Assembly: GCA_964016885.1 (NCBI GenBank)
Contig: OZ024742.1
Span: forward strand, 205,158,001-205,222,000
Direction: 5' to 3'
DNA from: Eledone cirrhosa
Lineage: Eukaryota
Length of the DNA stretch: 64,000 bases
The notes under the pieces are model-generated. The model saw only the letters and a list, made by a program, of their open reading frames with translations. It was not told where the DNA came from and did no database searches. The number at the start of each line of letters is the position of its first letter. Position 1 is the stretch's first letter. Below, one piece after another: positions 45,586-59,386 of the stretch. Made by a program: the position numbers and the translations under genes.

Positions 45586-46041
45586 AGAAAGAGAAAACAT
45601 ACACACATACATACAAATACGTGTCACTTAATTTACACACACATCGGCCTTACACTTTCATACACACATACATACATATACACACATACATACAAATACC
45701 TGTCACTTAATTTACACACACATCGGCCTTTCAAACTAAATTTTTCTGTGGAAGTAACTTTAACCCTTTCTTTTCGACATAAAAATACACACATACATAC
45801 AAATACCTGTAAATTTTTTTTGGGGGGTCTTTCTTATCAATCTTTTTACATTCAATTATCAGCCTTATACTTTCAAAGTCAATTTTTATGTTGAAGTAAC
45901 TTTCACCCTTTATTTTTCGATACCCATTTACTTACTAACATTTGTATCACAACAACAATAACAATATTCATAAACAGACAGTAAACTTTCAAAGTCAATT
46001 TTTCTGTAGAAGTAACTTTCACCCTTTCTTTTGGACATAAA

Positions 46042-47940
46042 ATGCTACCTAAAGAGAGAAGTCGCCTCAGTCGACATACCGCGTCAGCAGTGGCGCAAAA
46101 GGCTACTATAGCAAACGAGTCCTCTCAGGAAAATGCTTCAAGACTTTCACAGACAGCCTTACGTTCAGCAGAATGTCGAGCCGCTGAAAGTTTCCAACAG
46201 CGCACCGCACGCCTAGCCAAAATGGCTTCATACCAGGCTTCTTACAGGGCTTCAGAGAGCCGGGAACAAAGGTCGAAGCGCCTGGCTAGAAACGATGCGA
46301 CTAATGCTGCTTCCAGGTCTTTGGAACGTTTAAAACAACGGACGGCTCGCCTTCCTACGAATGCTGCGGCTATGACTACTTCCATGGCTTCTGAAGATGC
46401 AGACGGGCGGTCCATTAGCATTGCAAATGTTGCTTCTGCTATTGCTGCCAGACCTTCCCACCAACCACACGACCAATGTTCTACGTTCAAGCGTAACAGT
46501 CGACGGCGAGAAGCTGCACGCGGTGTGACGAGCCTCAACAGCCCTTACTGGCACCTACGGGCTTTCAATTATGAGCAAAACGTTAATTACTCGATGCGCT
46601 CTGACATAAATATAGGCGAGATGCGCTTCAATTGCCAATTCTGCAATGCTACAAAGTGGGCTGGGGAGCCACCTGCAATGTGCTGCTTAAACGGGTACTG
46701 ACTGGTTATACCTCAAGGTCAAAAAAAAAAAAAACCCTGATCCCCCCAATAAAAACGCTCCTGGGGTACCGGAAAAACTTTTGTAACGAATTTGATTCTC
46801 GCTGAGATTCGTCAGGAGAAAAAAGTTGCGTTGTCCGTTGCATCGTCCGGGATCGCTGCTACTTTGCTGCTGGGAGGCAGGACAGCACATTCAACCTTTA
46901 AACTCCCTTTGGAGTTAGTAAAAACTGAGACACCAACATGCAATATCAGCAAGAGTTCACACAAAGCTCTGGTTCTCAAAAGATGTTGCCTCATTTTTTG
47001 GGATGAGTGCACAATGGCACACAAGGGTGCCCTTGAGGCATTGGACAGGGCCCGGAAAGACATTAGGGATTCTATGGGTGGCGTAACCCTTCTGCTATCA
47101 GGGGATTTTCGGAAAGCGCTGCCTGTAATCCCCAAATGGACAAGAGCTGATGAAGTACGTGCCTGTCTTAAGTAGTCCATGTTGTGGTTCCAGGTGAATA
47201 GTTTGTACCTGAGCACAAATATGCGTGCTCATTTGCATGGTGACAACATGTCTGCAGCACAGTACATTTTAGCACTTGGTGAGGGCAAGATCCCTGCGGA
47301 TGACAAGGGCGGCATAGCAATCGACACCCTGTGCAACATCGTGAGCAGCCCTTCTGACCTTTGGGAAGCAGTTTTTCCTAATGTCTCATCTAACTTTAAA
47401 AACCTCGATTGGCTCAGCGAAAGAGCCATCCTTGCTCCGAAAAATACCATGGTTAATTTTATTAACGAGCAGCTGATTGAGAAGATTCCCGGTAAAGAGC
47501 ACATCTTCAAATCAGACCCCGACGATATCGTTAATTATCCGGTTGAGTTATTAAATCTCCTTGAGCCCCCAGGGCTCCCACCTCACATTATTAAGCTTAG
47601 GGTTGGCTGTCCCATTATGCTAATAAGGAACTTGCGTTCACCAAAGCAGTGCAACGGTACTCGCATCGTCGTCGAGTCACCGACACCCACTTGATTGAGG
47701 CCACCATTGTAACGGGGTGCGGAAGAGGGGAGAATGTTTTCATTCCAAGGATGAACCTTTTCCCCTCGGCGTCAGATATCCCGTTCGATTTCCGGCGATC
47801 CCAATTCCCGGTGAGACCATTTTTTGCCATGTCCATTAACAAGTCACAAGAGCAAACATTGTCGGTGGCGGGCATCCATTTGGGGGAGCCATGCTTCTCC
47901 CATGGCCAACTTTGTTTCCTGTTCCCGCGCAGGGAGCAGG
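46042..47940 (+). pseudogene. Helitron RepHel remnant (PIF1-family helicase), with frameshifts and stops
   Basis: ORFs 46042-46701, 46792-47175, 47179-47694 and 47649-48083. Confidence 0.9.
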
Positions 47941-48710
47941 AATGGACTTTTTGCTTACTCTCCTCAAGGGATGACACGCAATATCGTCTACAAAGATGTG
48001 CTATAGATGTTGGTGCAGGTGTTGGAGCTATGCCGTCTGGAACACTATTTCCTGGTAGGGTATCCCATGGCGGACAGATCTGACACCCAGCGGCATCAGG
48101 GCCACCATCTTGCAACTTTGGTCTACTAAATTCGCTATTGGAAGATTATTAACCCATCATTTATTGACCAAAATGCTAATTGGTTCGTAACTTTTAATAA
48201 CCGGTTCAACTGCTTTATGCACTTAATTGATAAGCTTATTCGCTTTCAAACCACGTTTACCTGTATGTAACTTTTCATAGCAAATGAACAAACCCGAGCA
48301 ACGCCGGGCTAAACTGCTAGTATATATATATATGGTGGCTGCCAACTCGTTTTCGAGTATGGCCACTACTTTATATCCATGTAGGAGAACCCCTACCGAT
48401 GCACTGAACGAGTGTGACTTTTTAGTCCAGCCAGCGACTTGAAAACTCTGGTACAAACACTACACTTGTGACAATTATTGATACCATGATACCATGTGAC
48501 GACAAGTGCAGAGAGATCTCCAGATATAAAGCAATGCCTGTACCGTGAAGCTTTTATAGTGAGCAAAGGCACTGCACAAAACCAGTCCCACTCTCTTAAC
48601 CAAGATGATATTTACCAAAAAGAAGAACAAGTCAACATCATTGGATACCATCAGAGTTTTCCTTCTCCTAGAATTCTGCCTTGACAAAGGCTAAGGGGGC
48701 ATCTCTCCTG

Positions 48711-48752
<42 letters not shown>

Positions 48753-49311
48753 TACTTGGGGAGGGCCATATTGTTGTAATAATATTGCCAGAACACACTC
48801 ACCGTTTGGTTGGTTTCGCTTCTGTATCTTTTATATCTCCACAGTTAATTCATTCGGTCTTCAATGCTTACCATTGACTGACCAACGGTCAAAAATACAG
48901 ATATAATATAGATATAAACACATATATATATATATATATATACGAACGGCGATTTTTAGACATACCGGACTAATGAAACAATTATTGATACTTTGAATAA
49001 ACTCTATTGTACAGCTGACCCATGTTATTCTTCAGCCATTTAGTATACACACACACACACACACATATATATATGTAATCCATGTGCAACCATGCAGTAT
49101 TCTTCTTCCCCTTGTTTTTCATATATATATATATAGTAATAATAATAAATTTGAAGACTAAAATCCAAAGAGGGCTCGATAAGGATAAATATATATCAAA
49201 TATATAAGAACCGAAGAGCAAATATTTATTAAAATAACAGATTAAAGTTTAAAGTTTAAGCAAAGAATCGGTGGTTTCATCCTTAACGGGATCTTCTGAA
49301 ACTAAAAAAGT

Positions 49312-49380
<69 letters not shown>

Positions 49381-49682
49381 GAATTGTGGTAAGGAACCAG
49401 ATGGACCATAACGCACCAGAGTACTCAATACTTAGGGTAGTAGAGTGGGAAATAGGAAAAAGTATGACCCCTACGGCAGAGCTCAAGCCGTTTCGATGGC
49501 TATTTCTGGAGTCCAGAAATAGCCGTCGAAACGGCTTGATCTTTGCCGTCGGGGTCATACTTTTTCCTATATATATATATATATATATATATATGCAGAG
49601 GTTATATTTAATTTGTTGGGATTCACAAGCTTAAAAAATGTTTTTATAACTGATATAAAGCACTCAACTGGTAGTGGAGTAA

Positions 49683-50012
49683 ATATACAATATATTAACA
49701 AACGGAAACTATATTTATAAAACCATATTTATTTTATTATACATATTTCAAGGGCCACCAAGGCAAATTATGGTGCGCTTTCATCAGATAAAATACAATA
49801 GATTAGTTTTATAAATAAATATTGAGGAAGCTCCAACCGTTAAGGTTGTCTTTTTTCAGGGTATGTCAATATTTATTTATAAAACTAATCTGTATTGTAT
49901 TTTATCTGATGAAAGCGCACCATAATTTGCCTTGGTGGTCCTTGAAATATGTATAATAAAATAAATATGGTTTTATAAATATAGTTTCCATTTGTTAATA
50001 TATTGTATATAT
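49683..50012. ncRNA. Second copy of the double-hammerhead fold-back
   Basis: Reverse complement of 41841-42168. Confidence 0.75.
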
Positions 50013-50675
50013 ATCATCATCATCATCATCATCATCATCATCGTTTAACGTCCATGTTCCACGCTTGCATGGGTTTGGACGGGGGTTTTCCCACTTGAGG
50101 CAAGAGTGGTTGTCTTGCTCGCATAGGACTGTCTGGCGGGTTTTCTACAGTTGGATGCCCTTCCTAACACCAACCACATTTAGAGTGTGGGGCTGGGAGG
50201 TTTTTACCGTGTTGCCTACACGGCCACATTACCACCTTGACCGGCCAGACTGTCGGATGTCGCTTTTAATCCGCTGACCACATAATTTCATCCATTCCAT
50301 TCTTGATCTCGCCCTCCTTGGCGGTCCAATTAATCTTTTTGTATAGTCAATCCATCTGAGTTGAGGCCTTTCGAGTGGTCATTTCCGCTTACACGTGTAC
50401 CACCTGACAACTGCACGGATCCACCGATTACCACCGTGCCACATGTCTGGCCCATCTGAGTCTGTTCAGACGGTACTCGGCGATAACGTTCTTCACTTCA
50501 GTTCTTTTCCTGATCTACTCGTTTCGGACGTGACCTCCGAAGGAGATTCCCAGCATGCACAGGTGATGATATTAGGACCACGTCTGTAGTGCATCCCGAA
50601 TTCACCTTCTTAAAATGGTTCATGTACTGTGCCGCAAAGCCTTGCTTTTCGAAGGACTGTAGCACCGCATCTACA

Positions 50676-50734
<59 letters not shown>

Positions 50735-51468
50735 GCGGTGCCCCAGCATGGCCTCAACCGGATGGCTGGAACAGGTAAAAGAGATATATATGATTGTATC
50801 TGTGCAAGCATGTATGTGTGTATGCATGCCTATATGTATATATATTATGTCGGCTCACCCTTGAGTGCTACTCGTAACATGTAACCCAGTACAACCTGTC
50901 GCATGGTCGGGTCACCGGTGACTAAACCGGCAACCCCACCAAGTTTACTTGGTGAGGAGGGTGATTTTGGATACCCTGCAGGACAAAAAACAAAACCTGA
51001 CAAAGGGCGGAAGAACTCATAAGAGTCAATGTCCATCCAAAAGTGTGTAAATATGTATATACACATGTACATATGTATGTATATTTATATGTGTATATAC
51101 ATGGGTGCATGTGTATGTATAAGCGTGGGGACATAGAAATAGTCGGGCTGGTTACCCGATCGCGTGGTTAAACCACTGGGAGTGAAGGACCCCTAGCCTT
51201 TGTCATGGCATTCTTCTAGGAGAAGGCAGCTCAGGAAACTGGGATAACTCCGATATAAAACCTGCGGCTCAGTAGTTACCGATGATGTTGATCTTTTCTT
51301 TATAGTTATAGCTACTGTCCCTCAGAGAGTGGGATTGGCTCAGTGCACAGTCTTTCCTCACTTTAAAAAAATCTTCACGCACAGGCATTGCATGATAGAA
51401 TTAATTAATAATTATTAATAATGGTATATCGTGCAATGGCCATACTTGATAACGAGGGGGCAGCCATC

Positions 51469-51533
<65 letters not shown>

Positions 51534-51536
<3 letters not shown>

Positions 51537-52527
51537 TAATCTATAAAGCTCAGCGTGTGGTCATGCTCCTTCATTATAGAAATCTACGATATAGAATTTC
51601 TTCAATTGAAATTTACAATTCAGTACTCGAAATAGTTTCGATTGCGTCTTGACGCAGATAATTTTTTCAATTTCACCCACAATTACGCAAAAAATAGATA
51701 AAACTCAATATTTTACGATTTTTCTCTCTCATTTAAACTGCTGAACTCTTTCTACTACCATTCAAAATCTATACAACTTCATACTTCTGCTACTTTCTCT
51801 TTCCAAGCTTGAACTGTCCGTTCACACCACTCCCTACTGTCTTAAATTTAGAAAACACATATCCTCTATGAGGTTACTAAAGCTGCTAGAAACAGCAGCT
51901 AACTCTCCCCCATATCACACCCCTCCCCACACCACTCCCTACTGTCTTAAATTTAGAAAACACATATCCTCTATGAGGTTACTAAACCTGCTAGAAACAG
52001 CAGCTAACTCTTCCCCATATCACACCCCTCCCTACTGTCTTAAATTTAGAAAACATATCTTCTATGAGGTCACTAAACCTGCTAGAAACAGCAGCTAACT
52101 CTCCCCCATATCACACCAGTCCCTACTGTCTTAAATTTAGAAAACACATATCCTCTATGAGGTCACTAAACCTGCTAGAAACAACAGCTAACTCTCCCTC
52201 ATATCACAACCCTCCCTACTGTCTTAAATTTAGAAACCACACAGACAACCATGCAGAACAACTCCATCGCAGCTCTGTTGTTCGGCTGGCATCGTCTACG
52301 CGCGTGTTACGCAAGTACTGTGAAACAATAAATTTCAACACTTTTTTGCACAGAGATAATATCCATAGGCGAAACTACAATTGTCACTGCTGGCGCAGCT
52401 CATGCTTCCAGGTCTGCAATTCATTCACCCAGTGCCTGGTAGACAAAAAAGAGCTGCCATAAAATGGGTGGTGCAACCTAACTTTGGTAACTTAATGACC
52501 CCGAGCAACGCCGGGCTTTAATGCTAG
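51534..52527 (+). mobile_element. Small non-autonomous Helitron (copy 2)
   Basis: TC...hairpin-CTAG ends; carries one more internal repeat unit than copy 1. Confidence 0.85.
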
Positions 52528-52888
52528 TATATATATATATGAAAAACAAGGGGAAGAAGAATACTGCATGGTTGCACATGGATTAGATATATATATATAT
52601 GTGTGTGTGTGTATACTAAATGGCTGAAGAATAACATGGGTCAGCTGTACAACAGAGTTTATTCAAAGTATCAATAATTGTTTCATTAGTCCGGTATGTC
52701 TAAAAATCGCCGTTCGTATATATATATATATATATTATATCTGTATTTTTGACCGTTGGTCAGTCAATGGTAAGCATTGAAGACCGAATGAATTAACTGT
52801 GGAGATATAAAAGATACAGAAGCGAAACCAACCAAACGGTGAGTGTGTTCTGGCAATATTATTACAACAATATGGCCCTCCCCAAGTA

Positions 52889-52932
<44 letters not shown>

Positions 52933-53322
52933 CAGGAGAGATGACCCCTTAGCCTTTGTCAAGGCAGAATTCTAGGAGAAGGAAAACTCTGATGGTATCC
53001 AATGATGTTGACTTGTTCTTCTTTTTGGTAAATATCATCTTGGTTAAGAGAGTGGGACTGGTTTTGTGCAGTGCCTTTGCTCACTATAAAAGCTTCACGG
53101 CACAGGCATTGCTTTATATCTGGAGATCTCTCTGCACTTGTCGTCACATGGTATCATGGTATCAATAATTGTCACAAGTGTAGTGTTTGTACCAGAGTTT
53201 TCAAGTCGCTGGCTGGACTAAAAAGTCACACTCGTTCAGTGCATCGGTAGGGGTTCTCCTACATGGATATAAAGTAGTGGCCATACTCGAAAACGAGTTG
53301 GCAGCCACCATATATATATATA

Positions 53323-56300
53323 CTAGCAGTTTAGCCCGGCGTTGCTCGGGTTTGTTCATTTGCTATGAAAAGTTACATACAGGTAAACGTGGTTTGAAAG
53401 CGAATAAGCTTATCAATTAAGTGCATAAAGCAGTTGAACCGGTTATTAAAAGTTACGAACCAAAAAATGGTCTCACCGGGTATTGGGATCGCCGGAAATC
53501 GAACGGGATATCTGACGCCGAGGGGAAAAGGTTCATCCTTGGAATGAAAACATTCTCCCCTCTTCCGCACCCCGTTACAATGGTGGCCTCAATCAAGTGG
53601 GTGTCAGTGACTCGACGACCATGCGAGTACCGTTGCACTGCTTTGGTGGACGCAAGTTCCTTATTAGCATAATGGGACAGCCAACCCTAAGCTTAATAAT
53701 GTGAGGTGGGAGCCCTGGGGGCTCAAGGAGATTTAATAACTCAACCGGATAATTAACGATATCGTCGGGGTCTGATTTGAAGATGTGCTCTTTACCGGGA
53801 ATCTTCTCAATCAGCTGCTCGTTAATAAAATTAACCATGGTATTTTTCGGAGCAAGGATGGCTCTTTCGCTGAGCCAATCGAGGTTTTTAAAGTTAGATG
53901 AGACATTAGGAAAAACTGCTTCCCAAAGGTCAGAAGGGCTGCTCACGATGTTGCACAGGGCGTCGATTGCTATGCCGCCCTTGTCATCCGCAGGGATCTT
54001 GCCCTCACCAAGTGCTAAAATGTTCTGTGCTGCAGACATGTTGTCACCATGCAAATGAGCACGCATATTTGTGCTCAGGTACAAACTATTCACCTGGAAC
54101 CACAACATGGACTACTTAAGACAGGCACGCACTTTATCAGCTCTTTTCCATTTGGGGATGACAGGCAGCGCTTTCCGAAAATCCCCTGATAGCAGAAGGG
54201 TTACGCCACCCATAGAATCCCTAATGTCTTTCCGGGCCCTGTCCAATGCCTCAAGGGCACCCTTGTGTGCCATTGTGCACTCATCCCAAAAAATGAGGCA
54301 ACATCTTTTGAGAACCAGAGCTTTGTGTGAACTCTTGCTGATATTGCATGTTGGTGTCTCAGTTTTTACTAAATCCAAAGGGAGTTTAAAGGTTGAATGT
54401 GCTGTCCTGCCTCCCGGCAGCAAAGTAGCAGCGATCCCGGACGATGCAACGGACAACGCAACTTTTTTCTCCTGACGAATCTTAGCGAGAATCAAATTCA
54501 TTACAAAAGTTTTTCCGGTACCCCAGGAGCGTTTTTTATTGGGGGGGATCAGGGTTTTTTTTTTTTTTGACCTTGAGGTATAACCAGTCAGTAGTTCCTT
54601 CAAAGGCTCTGGTGGTTCCGGAAGAGGGCGCAAGGTGACCTTACCGTTTAAGCAGCACATTGCAGGTGGCTCCCCAGCCCACTTTGTAGCATTGCAGAAT
54701 TGGCAATTGAAGCGCATCTCGCCTATATTTATGTCAGAGCGCATCGAGTAATTAACGTTTTGAAAGCCAGTAAGGGCTGTTGGGGCTCGTCACACCGCGT
54801 GCAGCTTCTCGCCGTCGACTGTTACGCTTGAACGTAGAACATTGGTCGTGTGGTTGGTGGGAAGGTCTGGCAGCAATAGCAGAAGCAACATTTGCAATGC
54901 TAATGGACCGCCCGTCTGCATCTTCAGAAGCCATGGAAGTAGTCATAGCCGCAGCGTTCGTAGGAAGTCGAGCCGTCCGTTGTTTTAAACGTTCCAAAGA
55001 CCTGGAAGCAGCATTAGTCGCATCGTTTCTAGCCAGGCGCTTCGACCTTTGTTCCCGGCTCTCTGAAGCCCTGGAAGAAGCCATTTTGGCTAGGCGTGCG
55101 GTGCGCTGTTGGAAACTTTCAGCGGCTCGACATTCTGCTGAACGTAAGGCTGTCTGTGAAAGTCTTGAAGCATTTTCCTGAGAGGACTCGTTTGCTATAG
55201 TAGCCTTTTGCGCCACTGCTGACGCGGTATATCGACTGAGGCGACTTCTCTTTTTAGGTGGCATTTTATGTTCAAAAGAAAGGGTGAAAGTTACTTCTAC
55301 AGAAAAATTGACTTTGAAAGTCTACTGTCTGTTTATGAATATTGTTAGTTGTTGTGATACAAATGTTAGTAAGTAAATGTGTATCGAAAATAAAGGGTGA
55401 AAGTTATTTAGCAGTATTAGTTATAGAGTAGTCGCCACTTTAACAGGGTAGATGATTGAAGTAGTCGTAGTCAGTGTGGTAAGTGATAGTATCCTCGTTG
55501 GATTATCTTGTTGACATAGACGTGAGGGAAGGTCCCTCGATCTATTTACCATCTATTTACAATATTCCTTTCGTCAGGTCGCCAATTCCAGCAGCATGGA
55601 TTATAGATGTTATTGAGACACGAGTAACATAATAATGATTTCAACAGCAGTAATTAGAGATGAAATGTATGTTTATTTTTGATGTAGTACGAACAATGTT
55701 TGTTAACTTATATGGTTGAAGTTACAGATAAAAAGAGGTTACAAAAGGGAATGTGCCATTGCGCCGTTAAGCCGGCGAGGCTAGGGTGCAATATCTCACT
55801 GTTACATTATGCCTGTTGCTGGCTCGAAGTTTCTGGTACAAGAGAGAGATTCTTCAAATCTTCGCGGGGAATTTCTTCCTCCGGGCACGTAGGGATACAT
55901 CCTCTTCTACTGGCGCTGATTGGTTGAACTGAGCCAAATCACGCACAGAGAATGTATGTGAGCCCGCGGAATGTAGGTCACTACAGTTACTTCAACATAA
56001 AAATTGACTTTGAAAGTATAAGGCTGATAATTGAATGTAAAAAGATTGATAAGAAAGGCCCCCAAATTTTTTTTACAGGTATTTGTATGTATGTGTGTAT
56101 TTTTATGTCGAAAATAAAGGGTTAAAGTTACTTATACAGAAAAATATAGTTTGAAAGTTACTTATACAGAAAAATATAGTTTGAAAGGCCGATTGAAAAA
56201 CTTGCAGTTTAGTAAATGAAAGTCAGCTTCGAAATGGAGCTAAAACAAACTGTGTATGCGTTGATTGATTGAAATTCCCGCTTTCCTGTTTCTATGACGT

Positions 56301-56648
56301 CAATCGTGTGTGTATGCACCCACATATATGTGTGTATGTGTTTTTTTTTCAATTTTTCTTTTTTTCACAAACACTTATAAGAGAAGGTAGCAATTTTAAG
56401 GGGAGGTGATGAAGGGGGTAGATATAGGAAACGTATATCATATGAGAGAGGAGAAATCATCGATTGTTGAAATAAATCGATTTTTCCGTAATTGTGGCAT
56501 TTTTTACCCAATAAGTTTGCCCATGACCCAAGTTAGAATATTTGTAAACATTCTGCTTAATTATTCATTCAATATTTTTGGAATTGTGTAAATGTATAAA
56601 ATTGAAACATACATACAGACACAAAAATCTGCCTTTTATAGATAATGA
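53323..56648 (-). mobile_element. Large Helitron copy 2 (PIF1 helicase remnant)
   Basis: Inverted paralogue of 44332-48320. ORFs 54752-55264, 54112-54744 and 53593-54108. Confidence 0.93.
55407..55985 (-). mobile_element. Solo LTR inserted in Helitron copy 2
   Basis: 4-bp TSD GTTA; homologous to the LTRs at 59387-59791 and 60545-60957. Confidence 0.85.
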
Positions 56649-57762
56649 TACTGAAGCATACAGGTGTCATATTGTCAATAGATGACACATATGTGTAACA
56701 TTATTTCATGGATGTTAGTTCTTTACTGAGGAGAAACATTTTAGAGGTGTTATAAAATATATTTTAGCCAAATATTATTTTTGTTTTATTATTATTAAAA
56801 TATAAAAATTACAAATAATGTCCAAATTTTTCTACGGACCACCAAAATTTTCTCTCGGACCACTGATTGGCGACTGCTGCCCTATATAATACTAACTTAA
56901 CTCTCTGTCTCTCCACATACAGTTAACATATTTATTGCTCCATACATTAAACAAGTTAACACTAACTTACACTAATTCATTTTATCTCGTTTTGAGTTTT
57001 CAAAATTTTAATCTTGATAAAGTAAAGTATCAGTTATATATAGAATCTTCATGTTCTCATTCTGAATCAAACTGAGGTCAACTTTGCCTTTCATCTCTCT
57101 GTGGCTGATAAAATAAAGTACCATTCAAGTACTGAAGTAGATTTAATTCACTAACCCCCATTCCCCCACACCCCTTCATTTAATGGCCTAGGGCCTATGT
57201 TAAAAATTTAGAAATGATAAATATTTTCTGGAGTCCTACTTATTTGGCAAGTGACTTGATCTGAGATGGCATATTGAAGTTAAACCAGTTATATTTTAAA
57301 TCTTCCCCCACCATCACCCTGTAGGGTAGAAAGGGCCCTTCAGTTGAGTGGAGGGCATGACAACCTCCCGAGTGAAGGTGCCATGAAAACTGCACCCTGC
57401 ACACTATGTAATGTGGTTAATGATAAGAAGGGCCTTCCACTGTCGAAAAAAAGGGTTGAAAGGACTCTTCAGTTGTGTCAATAGCACTACAGCCACTCTA
57501 CTATTGGTGATGTACATGATAGATGTACCCAGTACACTCTTTAAAGTGATTGGTAATAGAAAGGGCATCCAGCCATAGAAAGCTTGTCAAACAAAGGATC
57601 AGGAGGACTGTTCAGCTGTTTCAAAGACAAGACAACCTCCCTAGTGCTGATACCACAATACAATCCACTCAGTAGAGTGCAGGAACACATGTAAGCGAGA
57701 TGCAGCCCCAGCCAATCTGAGCACTTGGTAGACTGCATGAATATATATGTGTGTGGAGGCAC

Positions 57763-58040
57763 TTGGCTTAGTGGTAAGAGTGTTGGACTTACAATCACAA
57801 TGTCCTGGTTTTGATTCCTGGGCTGGGTTGCATTCTTGAGCAAAACATAACATATTTATTGCTCCATAACATATTTATTGCTCCTTTCATGTTGCTCTAG
57901 TATAGTCAGCTGAAAATGAGCACCAGCAATAGCTGGAGGTTTAACCCTGCAATGGACTGGCATCCTGCCTAGAGGGGAGTCTTGTACTCTCGGTCACTTC
58001 ACACCATGAAATCAGGATAAGCACCAGCCTAATGAGCTTT
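57763..58040 (+). mobile_element. tRNA-derived SINE family C
   Basis: A/B-box head tggcttagtggtaag...ggttttgattcc; body matches 22455-22685. Confidence 0.75.
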
Positions 58041-59386
58041 CTGGCTTGAGACAGACTTAGAAGTGAGATGCAGACCCCTGGCCCATCTGAGAGGTCAGTA
58101 GCTTCATTTTAGTACTAATTTGGTCTATGACAACCCATCCAGCCATTGCCAATAAGAAAAACAGATGTTATATGATGATGATGGTGATGAAACTAGGAAA
58201 AACTCCATCCTAATGAGCCACTAGGTTTGTGGCAGACTAACTTTTTTAAACTCTTTTTTTTTTTTAAAACTTGTATTATACTTTGTTTAATTATAAACAA
58301 TAACTTTCTTTTATTTATTTATTTTTTACTGATTTTAGTCATTTGACTGTGGTCATGCTGGGACACCACCTTACTTATCAAATATAAATATCAATTTTCG
58401 AGACAACAATGGATCCTCTATGTGGTTGCTAAACCTGCTAGAAATAGCAGCCATATTCCCCTTAACCGTTTTAGGACCATATTTGGGCTGTAAAATACAC
58501 TGTATTTTAATTAATTAATGAAAAATTAGGAGGGATTTACAAAAACTGTTAATTATTTCATTATTAAGATGGTATTTGTAACTTCACAAAAGATTGTTAT
58601 ATAAAATGATGTTGTAATGTTTTAATTTAAATAGAAATCCTTTATAATAAGTGGTTTTGAGCAGGTTGGCATGAAGAAGGATAAATCACATCCTACTATC
58701 TTAGAAAAATGGAATAATTCATTGGATAATGTAGTCCAAAGTATGGCTATAAAGGTGTCAAATTAACAGTTATTACAGTCTTTGTTTTGGCTTTCTGTAC
58801 CCTGAGTTCAAATCATACTCAGGTCATTTGCCTTTCATCGCTGATAAATAAAATACCAGTCAATTACTGGTATTGATTCTTCTCTCTCTCTCAGCAATAT
58901 TCCATGACGAGAAGGGTTGAGTGAAGGGCTATCAACCACTTCTAGAAAAACTAATATGGTACAAGATGTCATTTAACTGCCAGTGGATGTATCAAACTCA
59001 TTGTTGTTTGACACAGCCCAAACTCTTGCTGGGGTCTTCCATACTAACTGAGATAAACCCAGAATAAATGTAATATAAATGGTTAAGATTTGTTATGATA
59101 AACGTACACATAAATAATAAATTTAAACAAAATATGATGGGAAAAAGTAAAAGAATCCCCTACAGGAATCAAAATGAGCCTGTTTAATGCTAGACAACTA
59201 CATAGACCACTACACTAAGGTGACCTAACTTGATTATAGACCATCCCACCCTTTCTATGTCTTAGTGTTGATCTAACAAATATTATTTATATTATTCAGA
59301 ATTAATAAAAATCTACAATATTTGTTTATTTATTTTTCACTTTATATTACATTTTTTTAAATGAGAGAATTGTCTGTGTGTATCTT

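Larger units (their letters stand above)
44332..48320 (+). mobile_element. Large Helitron, internally deleted (N-terminal region and PIF1 helicase; HUH Rep domain missing)
   Basis: 5' TC start, 3' hairpin plus CTAG. Motifs C..C.A.KW..E....CC.NG, GTGKTF, ASSGIAATLL.GGRTAHSTFKLP, DEC.M, GDFR.LPV, LSTNMR, RAILAPKN, PIMLIRNL...CNGT and FPVRP.FAMSINKSQ.QTL. Confidence 0.93.
39344..56879. mobile_element. hAT-type MITE split by a 17.2-kb composite Helitron
   Basis: TIRs cagcggtcaccaa and ttggcgactgctg (11/13 match). Perfect 8-bp TSD ccctatat at 39336-39343 and 56880-56887. Subterminal ggaccac motifs. Confidence 0.88.

Noticed and set aside
46792-47940. Host PIF1 helicase gene
   Set aside because: Intronless, disrupted, and bounded by Helitron TC and hairpin-CTAG ends, so it is transposon-derived.
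39482-52528. Palindrome as a pure sequencing/assembly fold-back artefact
   Set aside because: The arms differ by SNPs, indels and copy-specific insertions, and the breakpoints coincide with Helitron termini at A|T sites. A biological origin is favoured, though read-level confirmation is still needed.
57763-57835. tRNA gene
   Set aside because: Degenerate cloverleaf continuous with a repeated SINE body.
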